This document shows, piece after piece, positions 1 to 11,921 of a stretch of DNA of 64,000 nt. Each line of letters starts with the position of its first letter. The stretch's first letter is position 1. Source of the DNA: Mytilus trossulus. Its lineage: Eukaryota. The stretch is taken from NCBI RefSeq assembly GCF_036588685.1, contig NC_086383.1, positions 71,052,001-71,116,000 of the forward strand, given 5' to 3'. The notes beneath the pieces were generated by a model. The model saw only the letters and a list, made by a program, of their open reading frames with translations, made no database searches and had not been told where the DNA came from. A program made the position numbers and the translations under genes.

Positions 1-75
1 CTTTGGCTTGGCTGCTGCCTTTTTCTTTGGTGATTTAGCTGGTGCTACTGCTGGTGCTGCTGTTGCGTCTGCCAT
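1..75 (-). CDS. H1: Histone H1, N-terminal part only (runs off window start)
   Basis: CAT at 73-75, exactly 3521 bp from the ATG at 3596; reverse complement reads MADATAAPAVAPAKSPKKKAAAKPK. Confidence 0.93.
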   Translation of the reverse strand, partial: MADATAAPAVAPAKSPKKKAAAKPK

Positions 76-1660
76 TTTGAATGATTCAAAATATTATCCT
101 TTACGAAGTTTATACTACGAATAACGATTTGAAAATAACGCCATTCCAGGCCTCGTTTATTTATAACAGACGAACGCGGACCTCGACGAAGACACCCTTA
201 AAAATAACTTGTAAAATCCATTACGCGATCTCGGTAAAATGATTATGTGCTTCTTCGAAGACTTTTATGATAATTTATAGTATAATTCTATCAAAAACAT
301 TCACATATAGCATACCAAATTGCTCAACAGTCATTAATCTTGCATGTTAGATAAACTGTGTATTTTTCGATGTACACAGTAAAAAGATATTAATAGTTAA
401 AGTAGAACCGACTGAATTGTCTTCGCAGGTATGTTGACAGAAAATTTACGAGTTTTTCTCATTACACAAATATTCTATCGTCGTAAAATTGTACAGCGGA
501 AGAAAAATCATTTCTCTCTAGGTTTCTTTCCGTTTTTATTCACTGGAAGCATGTTCCTCCTCGTAATAAGTTTGTTTCCAGCTAGAGGGAAACACACAAA
601 AAGTTCACGCGCCATTGTTTAATTGCAGATTTTTACTAAAACTTCAAATAACATTTTTATTCAACCCGAGCGAAATTTCGCAAACATTCAAGATTCGAAT
701 GAACAAACCCAATATCTAGAATACGAATTTGAAACATCTTTTTATTTAATTTAGCGTTGGGAACTTTTCAGAGAGCGACTTTGTTTTCAGTGGATCTCAG
801 GCACTGAACAACTGTTCTGTATGATGCGTATTCGCTTTTATTTCCATTTTCATGTACAATTTGCGCTCTTTCAAGTCAAAAACTCGAATATGTCTTATAG
901 AATATACCATATTTTTCAACAAAATATATTTAATTAATTTTATTATCAATAACCGATGATCAGAGCTCAAAGTGGCCTGGCCGCCTGAAAGTTTCGATAC
1001 AAACAAAAACAAAACACGAAGATTTTTGTAGTTTTATAATTCGAAAGTGGTACATATCATTTGTATCTTAATTGACAATTACAAAAGTTCATTTATTTCC
1101 CCTAAAAAAGGGGAATGTGTGTCACAGTGAAGACTCTAGCTATACATATGCATTATACCTATATAAGCTATGCAAGTGAACCCAGAACCGGTAACGGGTG
1201 AAGCAGCATCCCGTGACACGGACGATTAAAAAGAGACGGAAGGACAAAAACACATCAGTGTGAACCATTGGACTTTGGGCAAAACATTTTCCCACTGTAT
1301 TGAACTAAACCGCCAGCCCCTCCCCCTTTTTCCAAAAAAAACAAAATCCGGAGAAAAAAGGGGGGATATATAATAGGGTTCTCTTTTGAAGACATATTAG
1401 CATAGCGTTTAATGGATGTTAGTACAAGATGTAATATGCTGTGTGTGTGGTTTTCTTCTTCATTAAGGCCAAATAAAAAAGAATATGTGTGCTTCCTACT
1501 CCCTATCTACCTTATATTTTAAGCTTAGTCATAGCATACCTTAAAGATTTTTTTTTTTTTTATCATTTTCCAATAAGCACAGATTTTTCAGTCTCCCATG
1601 TACGTATATACTAGTAGGCTATGTTTGTGTGTGTCGTTAAGGTGCTGTCATTTCAATATG

Positions 1661-1794
1661 AAAATAAAGAAGGAGATGTGGTATGATTGCCAATGAGACA
1701 ACTATCCACCATAGTTCAAATGAAGTGGATGTAAGCAATTATAGACAACTGTATAGATGATCTTCAAAAATGAGAGAAAAAAACCTATACCGTG
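1661..1794 (+). mobile_element. Fragment of an abundant Mytilus-type interspersed repeat (antisense to H1; type B equivalent ~10277-10410, minus strand)
   Basis: GGAGATGTGGTATGATTGCCAATGAGACAACTATCCACC...GCAATTATAG...CTTCAAAAATGAG...CCTATACCGT resembles a common mussel repeat as I recall it; not verified by search, family not assigned. Confidence 0.55.
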
Positions 1795-2956
1795 AACCTA
1801 CAATTCACGCGATACCTGTTATCAGAGAAATAACTTTTTCTTACTTTTGTACCACTGTCCGTCCATCCATCCTTGTGTTTGTTCATCACAGTAGTCACAT
1901 GTGACGTCACTGTATTGTTTCGGGTTTATTCACCTCGCGTGCTGTCGACAGATTAAAACGACATAGCAAAGATACAGTCAAGTCGTCACACACTAAATAA
2001 CAGAGAGAAAAAAGAAGAGAAAAATCACAGGACAACCATTTGAAAGAAACATAGAAACAAGTAGGTGCATTTATTTTATACACGAGTAAAACAAAGGTGA
2101 AATTCTAAAGGTAGAGAATAGTGAAATTTGCATAATAAATCGCAGGTAATAAAATGACAAAATAATTGCAGAACTGTTAAATGTTGAACAAAAACCTCCG
2201 TACTTTAGAGTTTCCTTCTAAATTTTAATACACAATATTATTGTAGTAATTTTGACAAATAATAAATAAAAAAATAAATATATATAACAGACAAACGTCA
2301 CTGCATTCATTTGCTACTAATCTGATTTTGACGATACGTTATACATCTTTTGTATTGTGTACATTTTAACAGTTTATTTATATAGTACTGAAAAAAAGTA
2401 CTGAGTTTAATTTCAGAGTTACCTCCCCATTGGCTAGTTGATATGAAATAGTGAGCCAACCTTTGACTTTGCATACGTGTAGAAAAAGTCCAACTAAAAA
2501 TGTCAGTCAAGTTGAACACGAAGAAGAAGAGAGAAATGGAAAAACTCATATAATGACAAAAATGATTTTTCGGTTGAAGGTTAGCTGTGTGATTTTGACC
2601 CCCTTCCCCCTTAAAAAAGAGCACAATAAAACCCTAGCATGACTTCCTATATTCGTAGATTGTCATTCTAACGAAAACTGATTAGAAAAAGTTTTATTCA
2701 GTTCTAACAAGTGCGTGAAAATACACTGATATAACTTTAATGGTGCCTAACTACACAAAAAATATCCAAAAAAAACAGCTGCATACTTAGGTGTTAGAAA
2801 TAGTATAGTCATAAGGAGTGAAATAAAACAAACAATGGAAATAATTTGACCAAAAAAATATTTCAGAGACCAGTGCAAAGTTCAGAGAAAGTAGGGCTCA
2901 GCTAGATTTAGTTTGATAACTAATGTACAACAATTGTAGATTCTTTTTGAATAAAT

Positions 2957-2982
2957 TGGGTAGCCCTTAAAAGGGCTTTTGG
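2957..2982 (-). terminator. Histone 3' stem-loop, type A copy
   Basis: AGCCCTTAAAAGGGCT at 2962-2977 is the reverse complement of AGCCCTTTTAAGGGCT. Confidence 0.95.
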
Positions 2983-3020
2983 TGGCTGAATAGCCTCTGC
3001 AGACTGAAGTCTGGAACAGT

Positions 3021-3596
3021 TTACTTCTTCTTTGGTGTCTTCTTGGCTTTTGGTTTGGCTGCCTTCTTTTTGGCTGGTGACTTGGCTGCTGGCTTCTTTG
3101 GCTTGGCTGCTTTCTTTGCTGCTGGTTTTTTTGCTTTTGGTTTGGCCGCCTTTTTCTCTCCAGCTGGTTTCTTTGCTGCTGGCTTCTTTTTCTTGGGTGT
3201 GGTCTTTGCCTTCTTAGGCTTGGCGGCCTTAGGTTTGGCTGCTTTTTTTGCCTTTGCTGGCTTCTTTTTAACCACTTTAGCCTCTCCAATTCTGAAAGAG
3301 CCGGATGCTCCAGTTCCCTTGGACTGCTTCAAACTGTTGTTCTTAACTCCGGCTCTGAGTGCAAGTTTTAAATGAGCATTTACTGACTTGGCATCTTTTC
3401 CGACGTTGAAGTTGGCCATGATGTACTTCAGAATTGCTTGCCTTGAGGAACCTCCACGTTCTTTCAAAGCGGCGATGGCTTTTCCAATCATCTCGCTGTA
3501 TTTAGGATGTGCGGAAGGCTTCTTTGGCTTGGCTGCTGCCTTTTTCTTTGGTGATTTAGCTGGTGCTACTGCTGGTGCTGCTGTTGCGTCTGCCAT
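3021..3596 (-). CDS. H1: Linker histone H1 (191 aa), Mytilus-like orphon H1
   Basis: Ala/Pro/Lys N-tail, winged-helix globular domain (HPKYSEMI...KERGGSSRQAILKYI...KQSKGTGASGSFRI), Lys/Ala/Pro C-tail; intronless; flanked by TATA box and histone stem-loop. Confidence 0.98.
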   Translation of the reverse strand: MADATAAPAVAPAKSPKKKAAAKPKKPSAHPKYSEMIGKAIAALKERGGSSRQAILKYIMANFNVGKDAKSVNAHLKLALRAGVKNNSLKQSKGTGASGSFRIGEAKVVKKKPAKAKKAAKPKAAKPKKAKTTPKKKKPAAKKPAGEKKAAKPKAKKPAAKKAAKPKKPAAKSPAKKKAAKPKAKKTPKKK

Positions 3597-6541
3597 TTTG
3601 AATGATTCAAAATATTATCCTTTACGAAGTTTATACTACGAATAACGATTTGAAAATAACGCCATTCCAGGCCTCGTTTATTTATAACAGACGAACGCGG
3701 ACCTCGACGAAGACACCCTTAAAAATAACTTGTAAAATCCATTACGCGATCTCGGTAAAATGATTATGTGCTTCTTCGAAGACTTTTATGATAATTTATA
3801 GTATAATTCTATCAAAAACATTCACATATAGCATACCAAATTGCTCAACAGTCATTAATCTTGCATGTTAGATAAACTGTGTATTTTTCGATGTACACAG
3901 TAAAAAGATATTAATAGTTAAAGTAGAACCGACTGAATTGTCTTCGCAGGTATGTTGACAGAAAATTTACGAGTTTTTCTCATTACACAAATATTCTATC
4001 GTCGTAAAATTGTACAGCGGAAGAAAAATCATTTCTCTCTAGGTTTCTTTCCGTTTTTATTCACTGGAAGCATGTTCCTCCTCGTAATAAGTTTGTTTCC
4101 AGCTAGAGGGAAACACACAAAAAGTTCACGCGCCATTGTTTAATTGCAGATTTTTACTAAAACTTCAAATAACATTTTTATTCAACCCGAGCGAAATTTC
4201 GCAAACATTCAAGATTCGAATGAACAAACCCAATATCTAGAATACGAATTTGAAACATCTTTTTATTTAATTTAGCGTTGGGAACTTTTCAGAGAGCGAC
4301 TTTGTTTTCAGTGGATCTCAGGCACTGAACAACTGTTCTGTATGATGCGTATTCGCTTTTATTTCCATTTTCATGTACAATTTGCGCTCTTTCAAGTCAA
4401 AAACTCGAATATGTCTTATAGAATATACCATATTTTTCAACAAAATATATTTAATTAATTTTATTATCAATAACCGATGATCAGAGCTCAAAGTGGCCTG
4501 GCCGCCTGAAAGTTTCGATACAAACAAAAACAAAACACGAAGATTTTTGTAGTTTTATAATTCGAAAGTGGTACATATCATTTGTATCTTAATTGACAAT
4601 TACAAAAGTTCATTTATTTCCCCTAAAAAAGGGGAATGTGTGTCACAGTGAAGACTCTAGCTATACATATGCATTATACCTATATAAGCTATGCAAGTGA
4701 ACCCAGAACCGGTAACGGGTGAAGCAGCATCCCGTGACACGGACGATTAAAAAGAGACGGAAGGACAAAAACACATCAGTGTGAACCATTGGACTTTGGG
4801 CAAAACATTTTCCCACTGTATTGAACTAAACCGCCAGCCCCTCCCCCTTTTTCCAAAAAAAACAAAATCCGGAGAAAAAAGGGGGGATATATAATAGGGT
4901 TCTCTTTTGAAGACATATTAGCATAGCGTTTAATGGATGTTAGTACAAGATGTAATATGCTGTGTGTGTGGTTTTCTTCTTCATTAAGGCCAAATAAAAA
5001 AGAATATGTGTGCTTCCTACTCCCTATCTACCTTATATTTTAAGCTTAGTCATAGCATACCTTAAAGATTTTTTTTTTTTTTATCATTTTCCAATAAGCA
5101 CAGATTTTTCAGTCTCCCATGTACGTATATACTAGTAGGCTATGTTTGTGTGTGTCGTTAAGGTGCTGTCATTTCAATATGAAAATAAAGAAGGAGATGT
5201 GGTATGATTGCCAATGAGACAACTATCCACCATAGTTCAAATGAAGTGGATGTAAGCAATTATAGACAACTGTATAGATGATCTTCAAAAATGAGAGAAA
5301 AAAACCTATACCGTGAACCTACAATTCACGCGATACCTGTTATCAGAGAAATAACTTTTTCTTACTTTTGTACCACTGTCCGTCCATCCATCCTTGTGTT
5401 TGTTCATCACAGTAGTCACATGTGACGTCACTGTATTGTTTCGGGTTTATTCACCTCGCGTGCTGTCGACAGATTAAAACGACATAGCAAAGATACAGTC
5501 AAGTCGTCACACACTAAATAACAGAGAGAAAAAAGAAGAGAAAAATCACAGGACAACCATTTGAAAGAAACATAGAAACAAGTAGGTGCATTTATTTTAT
5601 ACACGAGTAAAACAAAGGTGAAATTCTAAAGGTAGAGAATAGTGAAATTTGCATAATAAATCGCAGGTAATAAAATGACAAAATAATTGCAGAACTGTTA
5701 AATGTTGAACAAAAACCTCCGTACTTTAGAGTTTCCTTCTAAATTTTAATACACAATATTATTGTAGTAATTTTGACAAATAATAAATAAAAAAATAAAT
5801 ATATATAACAGACAAACGTCACTGCATTCATTTGCTACTAATCTGATTTTGACGATACGTTATACATCTTTTGTATTGTGTACATTTTAACAGTTTATTT
5901 ATATAGTACTGAAAAAAAGTACTGAGTTTAATTTCAGAGTTACCTCCCCATTGGCTAGTTGATATGAAATAGTGAGCCAACCTTTGACTTTGCATACGTG
6001 TAGAAAAAGTCCAACTAAAAATGTCAGTCAAGTTGAACACGAAGAAGAAGAGAGAAATGGAAAAACTCATATAATGACAAAAATGATTTTTCGGTTGAAG
6101 GTTAGCTGTGTGATTTTGACCCCCTTCCCCCTTAAAAAAGAGCACAATAAAACCCTAGCATGACTTCCTATATTCGTAGATTGTCATTCTAACGAAAACT
6201 GATTAGAAAAAGTTTTATTCAGTTCTAACAAGTGCGTGAAAATACACTGATATAACTTTAATGGTGCCTAACTACACAAAAAATATCCAAAAAAAACAGC
6301 TGCATACTTAGGTGTTAGAAATAGTATAGTCATAAGGAGTGAAATAAAACAAACAATGGAAATAATTTGACCAAAAAAATATTTCAGAGACCAGTGCAAA
6401 GTTCAGAGAAAGTAGGGCTCAGCTAGATTTAGTTTGATAACTAATGTACAACAATTGTAGATTCTTTTTGAATAAATTGGGTAGCCCTTAAAAGGGCTTT
6501 TGGTGGCTGAATAGCCTCTGCAGACTGAAGTCTGGAACAGT

Positions 6542-7117
6542 TTACTTCTTCTTTGGTGTCTTCTTGGCTTTTGGTTTGGCTGCCTTCTTTTTGGCTGGTG
6601 ACTTGGCTGCTGGCTTCTTTGGCTTGGCTGCTTTCTTTGCTGCTGGTTTTTTTGCTTTTGGTTTGGCCGCCTTTTTCTCTCCAGCTGGTTTCTTTGCTGC
6701 TGGCTTCTTTTTCTTGGGTGTGGTCTTTGCCTTCTTAGGCTTGGCGGCCTTAGGTTTGGCTGCTTTTTTTGCCTTTGCTGGCTTCTTTTTAACCACTTTA
6801 GCCTCTCCAATTCTGAAAGAGCCGGATGCTCCAGTTCCCTTGGACTGCTTCAAACTGTTGTTCTTAACTCCGGCTCTGAGTGCAAGTTTTAAATGAGCAT
6901 TTACTGACTTGGCATCTTTTCCGACGTTGAAGTTGGCCATGATGTACTTCAGAATTGCTTGCCTTGAGGAACCTCCACGTTCTTTCAAAGCGGCGATGGC
7001 TTTTCCAATCATCTCGCTGTATTTAGGATGTGCGGAAGGCTTCTTTGGCTTGGCTGCTGCCTTTTTCTTTGGTGATTTAGCTGGTGCTACTGCTGGTGCT
7101 GCTGTTGCGTCTGCCAT
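6542..7117 (-). CDS. H1: Linker histone H1 (191 aa)
   Basis: Translation identical to the 3021-3596 copy. Confidence 0.98.
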   Translation of the reverse strand: MADATAAPAVAPAKSPKKKAAAKPKKPSAHPKYSEMIGKAIAALKERGGSSRQAILKYIMANFNVGKDAKSVNAHLKLALRAGVKNNSLKQSKGTGASGSFRIGEAKVVKKKPAKAKKAAKPKAAKPKKAKTTPKKKKPAAKKPAGEKKAAKPKAKKPAAKKAAKPKKPAAKSPAKKKAAKPKAKKTPKKK

Positions 7118-9855
7118 TTTGAATGATTCAAAATATTATCCTTTACGAAGTTTATACTACGAATAACGATTTGAAAATAACGCCATTCCAGGCCTCGTTT
7201 ATTTATAACAGACGAACGCGGACCTCGACGAAGACACCCTTAAAAATAACTTGTAAAATCCATTACGCGATCTCGGTAAAATGATTATGTGCTTCTTCGA
7301 AGACTTTTATGATAATTTATAGTATAATTCTATCAAAAACATTCACATATAGCATACCAAATTGCTCAACAGTCATTAATCTTGCATGTTAGATAAACTG
7401 TGTATTTTTCGATGTACACAGTAAAAAGATATTAATAGTTAAAGTAGAACCGACTGAATTGTCTTCGCAGGTATGTTGACAGAAAATTTACGAGTTTTTC
7501 TCATTACACAAATATTCTATCGTCGTAAAATTGTACAGCGGAAGAAAAATCATTTCTCTCTAGGTTTCTTTCCGTTTTTATTCACTGGAAGCATGTTCCT
7601 CCTCGTAATAAGTTTGTTTCCAGCTAGAGGGAAACACACAAAAAGTTCACGCGCCATTGTTTAATTGCAGATTTTTACTAAAACTTCAAATAACATTTTT
7701 ATTCAACCCGAGCGAAATTTCGCAAACATTCAAGATTCGAATGAACAAACCCAATATCTAGAATACGAATTTGAAACATCTTTTTATTTAATTTAGCGTT
7801 GGGAACTTTTCAGAGAGCGACTTTGTTTTCAGTGGATCTCAGGCACTGAACAACTGTTCTGTATGATGCGTATTCGCTTTTATTTCCATTTTCATGTACA
7901 ATTTGCGCTCTTTCAAGTCAAAAACTCGAATATGTCTTATAGAATATACCATATTTTTCAACAAAATATATTTAATTAATTTTATTATCAATAACCGATG
8001 ATCAGAGCTCAAAGTGGCCTGGCCGCCTGAAAGTTTCGATACAAACAAAAACAAAACACGAAGATTTTTGTAGTTTTATAATTCGAAAGTGGTACATATC
8101 ATTTGTATCTTAATTGACAATTACAAAAGTTCATTTATTTCCCCTAAAAAAGGGGAATGTGTGTCACAGTGAAGACTCTAGCTATACATATGCATTATAC
8201 CTATATAAGCTATGCAAGTGAACCCAGAACCGGTAACGGGTGAAGCAGCATCCCGTGACACGGACGATTAAAAAGAGACGGAAGGACAAAAACACATCAG
8301 TGTGAACCATTGGACTTTGGGCAAAACATTTTCCCACTGTATTGAACTAAACCGCCAGCCCCTCCCCCTTTTTCCAAAAAAAACAAAATCCGGAGAAAAA
8401 AGGGGGGATATATAATAGGGTTCTCTTTTGAAGACATATTAGCATAGCGTTTAATGGATGTTAGTACAAGATGTAATATGCTGTGTGTGTGGTTTTCTTC
8501 TTCATTAAGGCCAAATAAAAAAGAATATGTGTGCTTCCTACTCCCTATCTACCTTATATTTTAAGCTTAGTCATAGCATACCTTAAAGATTTTTTTTTTT
8601 TTTATCATTTTCCAATAAGCACAGATTTTTCAGTCTCCCATGTACGTATATACTAGTAGGCTATGTTTGTGTGTGTCGTTAAGGTGCTGTCATTTCAATA
8701 TGAAAATAAAGAAGGAGATGTGGTATGATTGCCAATGAGACAACTATCCACCATAGTTCAAATGAAGTGGATGTAAGCAATTATAGACAACTGTATAGAT
8801 GATCTTCAAAAATGAGAGAAAAAAACCTATACCGTGAACCTACAATTCACGCGATACCTGTTATCAGAGAAATAACTTTTTCTTACTTTTGTACCACTGT
8901 CCGTCCATCCATCCTTGTGTTTGTTCATCACAGTAGTCACATGTGACGTCACTGTATTGTTTCGGGTTTATTCACCTCGCGTGCTGTCGACAGATTAAAA
9001 CGACATAGCAAAGATACAGTCAAGTCGTCACACACTAAATAACAGAGAGAAAAAAGAAGAGAAAAATCACAGGACAACCATTTGAAAGAAACATAGAAAC
9101 AAGTAGGTGCATTTATTTTATACACGAGTAAAACAAAGGTGAAATTCTAAAGGTAGAGAATAGTGAAATTTGCATAATAAATCGCAGGTAATAAAATGAC
9201 AAAATAATTGCAGAACTGTTTAATGTTGAACAAAACCTCCGTACTTTAGAGTTTCCTTCTAAATTTTAATACACAATATTATTGTAGTAATTTTGACAAA
9301 TAATAAATAAAAAAATAAATATATATAACAGACAAACGTCACTGCATTCATTTGCTACTAATCTGATTTTGACGATACGTTATACATCTTTTGTATTGTG
9401 TACATTTTAACAGTTTATTTATATAGTACTGAAAAAAAGTACTGAGTTTAATTTCAGAGTTACCTCCCATTGGCTAGTTGATATGAAATAGTGAGCCAAC
9501 CTTTGACTTTGCATACGTGTAGAAAAAGTCCAACTAAAAATGTCAGTCAAGTTGAAACACGAAGAAGAAGAGAGAAATGGAAAAACTCATATAATGACAA
9601 AAATGATTTTTCGGTTGAAGGTTAGCTGTGTGATTTTGACCCCCTTCCCCCTTAAAAAAGAGCACAATAAAACCCTAGCATGACTTCCTATATTCGTAGA
9701 TTGTCATTCTAACGAAAACTGATTAGAAAAAGTTTTATTCAGTTCTAACAAGTGCGTGAAAATACACTGATATAACTTTAATGGTGCCTAACTACACAAA
9801 AAATATCCAAAAAAAACAGCTGCATACTTAGGTGTTAGAAATAGTATAGTCATAA

Positions 9856-9955
9856 NNNNNNNNNNNNNNNNNNNNNNNNNNNNNNNNNNNNNNNNNNNNN
9901 NNNNNNNNNNNNNNNNNNNNNNNNNNNNNNNNNNNNNNNNNNNNNNNNNNNNNNN
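9856..9955. other. Assembly gap (100 N) at the orientation and unit-type switch
   Basis: Run of exactly 100 Ns. Confidence 0.99.
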
Positions 9956-10707
9956 TCTACCTTTCGAATTTCACCTTTGTTTTACTCGTGTATAAAATAA
10001 ATGCACCTACTTGTTTCTATGTTTCTTTCAAATGGTTGTCCTGTGATTTTTCTCTTCTTTTTTCTCTCTGTTATTTAGTGTGTGACGACTTGACTGTATC
10101 TTTGCTATGTCTTTTTAATCTGTCGACAGCACGCGAGGTGAATCAACCCGAAACAATACAGTGACGTCACATGTGACTACTGTGATGAACAAAAACAAGG
10201 ATGGATGGACGGACAGTGGTACAAAAGTAAGAAAAAGTTATTTCTCTGATAACAGGTATCGCGTGAATTGTAGGTTCACGGTATAGGTTTTTTTCTCTCA
10301 TTTTTGAAGATCATCTATACAGTTGTCTATAATTGCTTACATCCACTTCATTTGAACTATGGTGGATAGTTGTCTCATTGGCAATCATACCACATCTCCT
10401 TCCTTATTTTCATATTGAAATGACAGCACCTTAACGACACACACAAACATAGCCTACTAGTATATACGTACATGGGAGACTGAGAAAATCTGTGCTTATT
10501 GGAAAATGATAAAAAAAAAAAAAATCTTTAAGGTATGCTATGACTAAGCTTAAAATATAAGGTAGATAGGGAGTAGGAAGCACACATATTCTTTTTTTTA
10601 TTTGGCCTTAATGAAGAAGAAAACCACACACACAGCATATTACATCTTGTACTAACATCCATTAAACGCTATGCTAATATGTCTTCAAAAGAGAACCCTA
10701 TTATATA

Positions 10708-10752
10708 TCCCCCCTTTTTTCTCCGGATTTTGTTTTTTTGGAAAAAGGGGGA
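10708..10752. repeat. Imperfect inverted repeat (CCCCCTTTTT...AAAAAGGGGG)
   Basis: TCCCCCCTTTTTTCTCCGGATTTTGTTTTTTTGGAAAAAGGGGGA, read directly. Confidence 0.7.
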
Positions 10753-10957
10753 GGGGCTGGCGGTTTAGTTCAATACAGTGGGAAAATGTTTTGCCCAAAG
10801 TCCAATGGTTCACACTGATGTGTTTTTGTCCTTCCGTCTCTTTTTAATCGTCCGTGTCACGGGATGCTGCTTCACCCGTTACCGGTTCTGGGTTCACTTG
10901 CATAGCTTATATAGGTATAATGCATATGTATAGCTAGAGTCTTCACTGTGACACACA

Positions 10958-10976
10958 TTCCCCTTTTTGAGGGGAA
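10958..10976. repeat. Short hairpin TTCCCCT-TTTTG-AGGGGAA
   Basis: 7-bp perfect stem, 5-nt loop; type A differs only in the loop (TTTTT). Confidence 0.7.
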
Positions 10977-11889
10977 ATAAATGAACTTTTGTAATTGTCC
11001 ATTAAGATACAAATGATATGTACCACTTTCGAATTATAAAACTACAAAAATCTTCGTGTTTTGTTTTTGTTTTTGTTTGTATCGAAACTTTCAGGCGGCC
11101 AGGCCACTTTGAGCTCTGATCATCGGTTATTGATAATAAAATTAATTAAATATATTTTGTTGAAAAATATGGTATATTCTATAAGACATATTCGAGTTTT
11201 TGACTTGAAAGTGCGCAAATTGTACATGAAAATGGAAATAAAAGCGAATGTGCATCATACAGAACAGTTGTTCAGTGCCTGAGATCCACTGAAAACAAAG
11301 TCGCTCTCTGAAAAGTTCCCAACGCTAAATTAAATAAAAAGATGTTTCAAATTCGTATTCTAGATATTGGGTTTGTTCATTCGAATCTTGAATGTTTGCG
11401 AAATTTCGCTCGGGTTGAATAAAAATGTTATTTGAAGTTTTAGTAAAAATCTGCAATTAAACAATGGCGCGTGAACTTTTTGTGTGTTTCCCTCTAGCTG
11501 GAAACAAACTTATTACGAGGAGGAACATGCTTCCAGTGAATAAAAACGGAAAGAAACCTAGAGAGAAATGATTTTTCTTCCGCTGTACAATTTTACGACG
11601 ATAGAATATTTGTGTAATGAGAAAAACTCGTAAATTTTCTGTCAACATACCTGCGAAGACAATTCAGTCGGTTCTACTTTAACTATTAATATCTTTTTAC
11701 TGTGTACATCGAAAAATACACAGTTTATCTAACATGCAAGATTAATGACTGTTGAGCAATTTGGTATGCTATATGTGAATGTTTTTGATAGAATTATACT
11801 ATAAATTATCATAAAAGTCTTCGAAGAAGCACATAATCATTTTACCGAGATCGCGTAATGGATTTTACAAGTTATTTTTAAGGGTGTCT

Positions 11890-11902
11890 TCGTCGAGGTC
11901 CG
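11890..11902 (+). promoter_or_regulatory. H4-box / H4 site II-like element (all units)
   Basis: TCGTCGAGGTCCG just upstream of TATA; resembles the TCANNNNGGTCC element of H4 and replication-independent H1 (H1.0/H5) promoters. Confidence 0.7.
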
Positions 11903-11913
11903 CGTTCGTCTGT

Positions 11914-11921
11914 TATAAATA
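11914..11921 (+). promoter_or_regulatory. TATA box of H1 gene (90 bp upstream of ATG; present in all units)
   Basis: TATAAATA; the type A equivalent is TATTTATA at 158-165. Confidence 0.85.

Larger units (their letters stand above)
1..9855 (-). repeat. Tandem H1-only array, type A units, period 3521 bp (~2.8 units), genes on minus strand
   Basis: Identical ORFs recur at 431/3952/7473 and 3021/6542 (offset 3521); the sequence repeats nearly base for base. Confidence 0.97.

Noticed and set aside
10870-10900. ACCGGTTCT resembling part of 5S rRNA (5S is linked to some mussel histone repeats)
   Set aside because: Only ~9 bp match; no 5S 5' end, A/C boxes or 120-nt body.
10958-10976. CCCCTTTTTGAGGGG as a second histone stem-loop
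   Set aside because: 5-nt loop, wrong stem sequence and flanks, and no histone CDS immediately upstream.
11061-11648. Spacer ORFs of 63-105 aa repeated in each unit (also ~12957-13292)
   Set aside because: Short, AT-rich, mostly non-ATG starts and no recognisable domains; they recur only because the unit is repeated, and some change length between types A and B.
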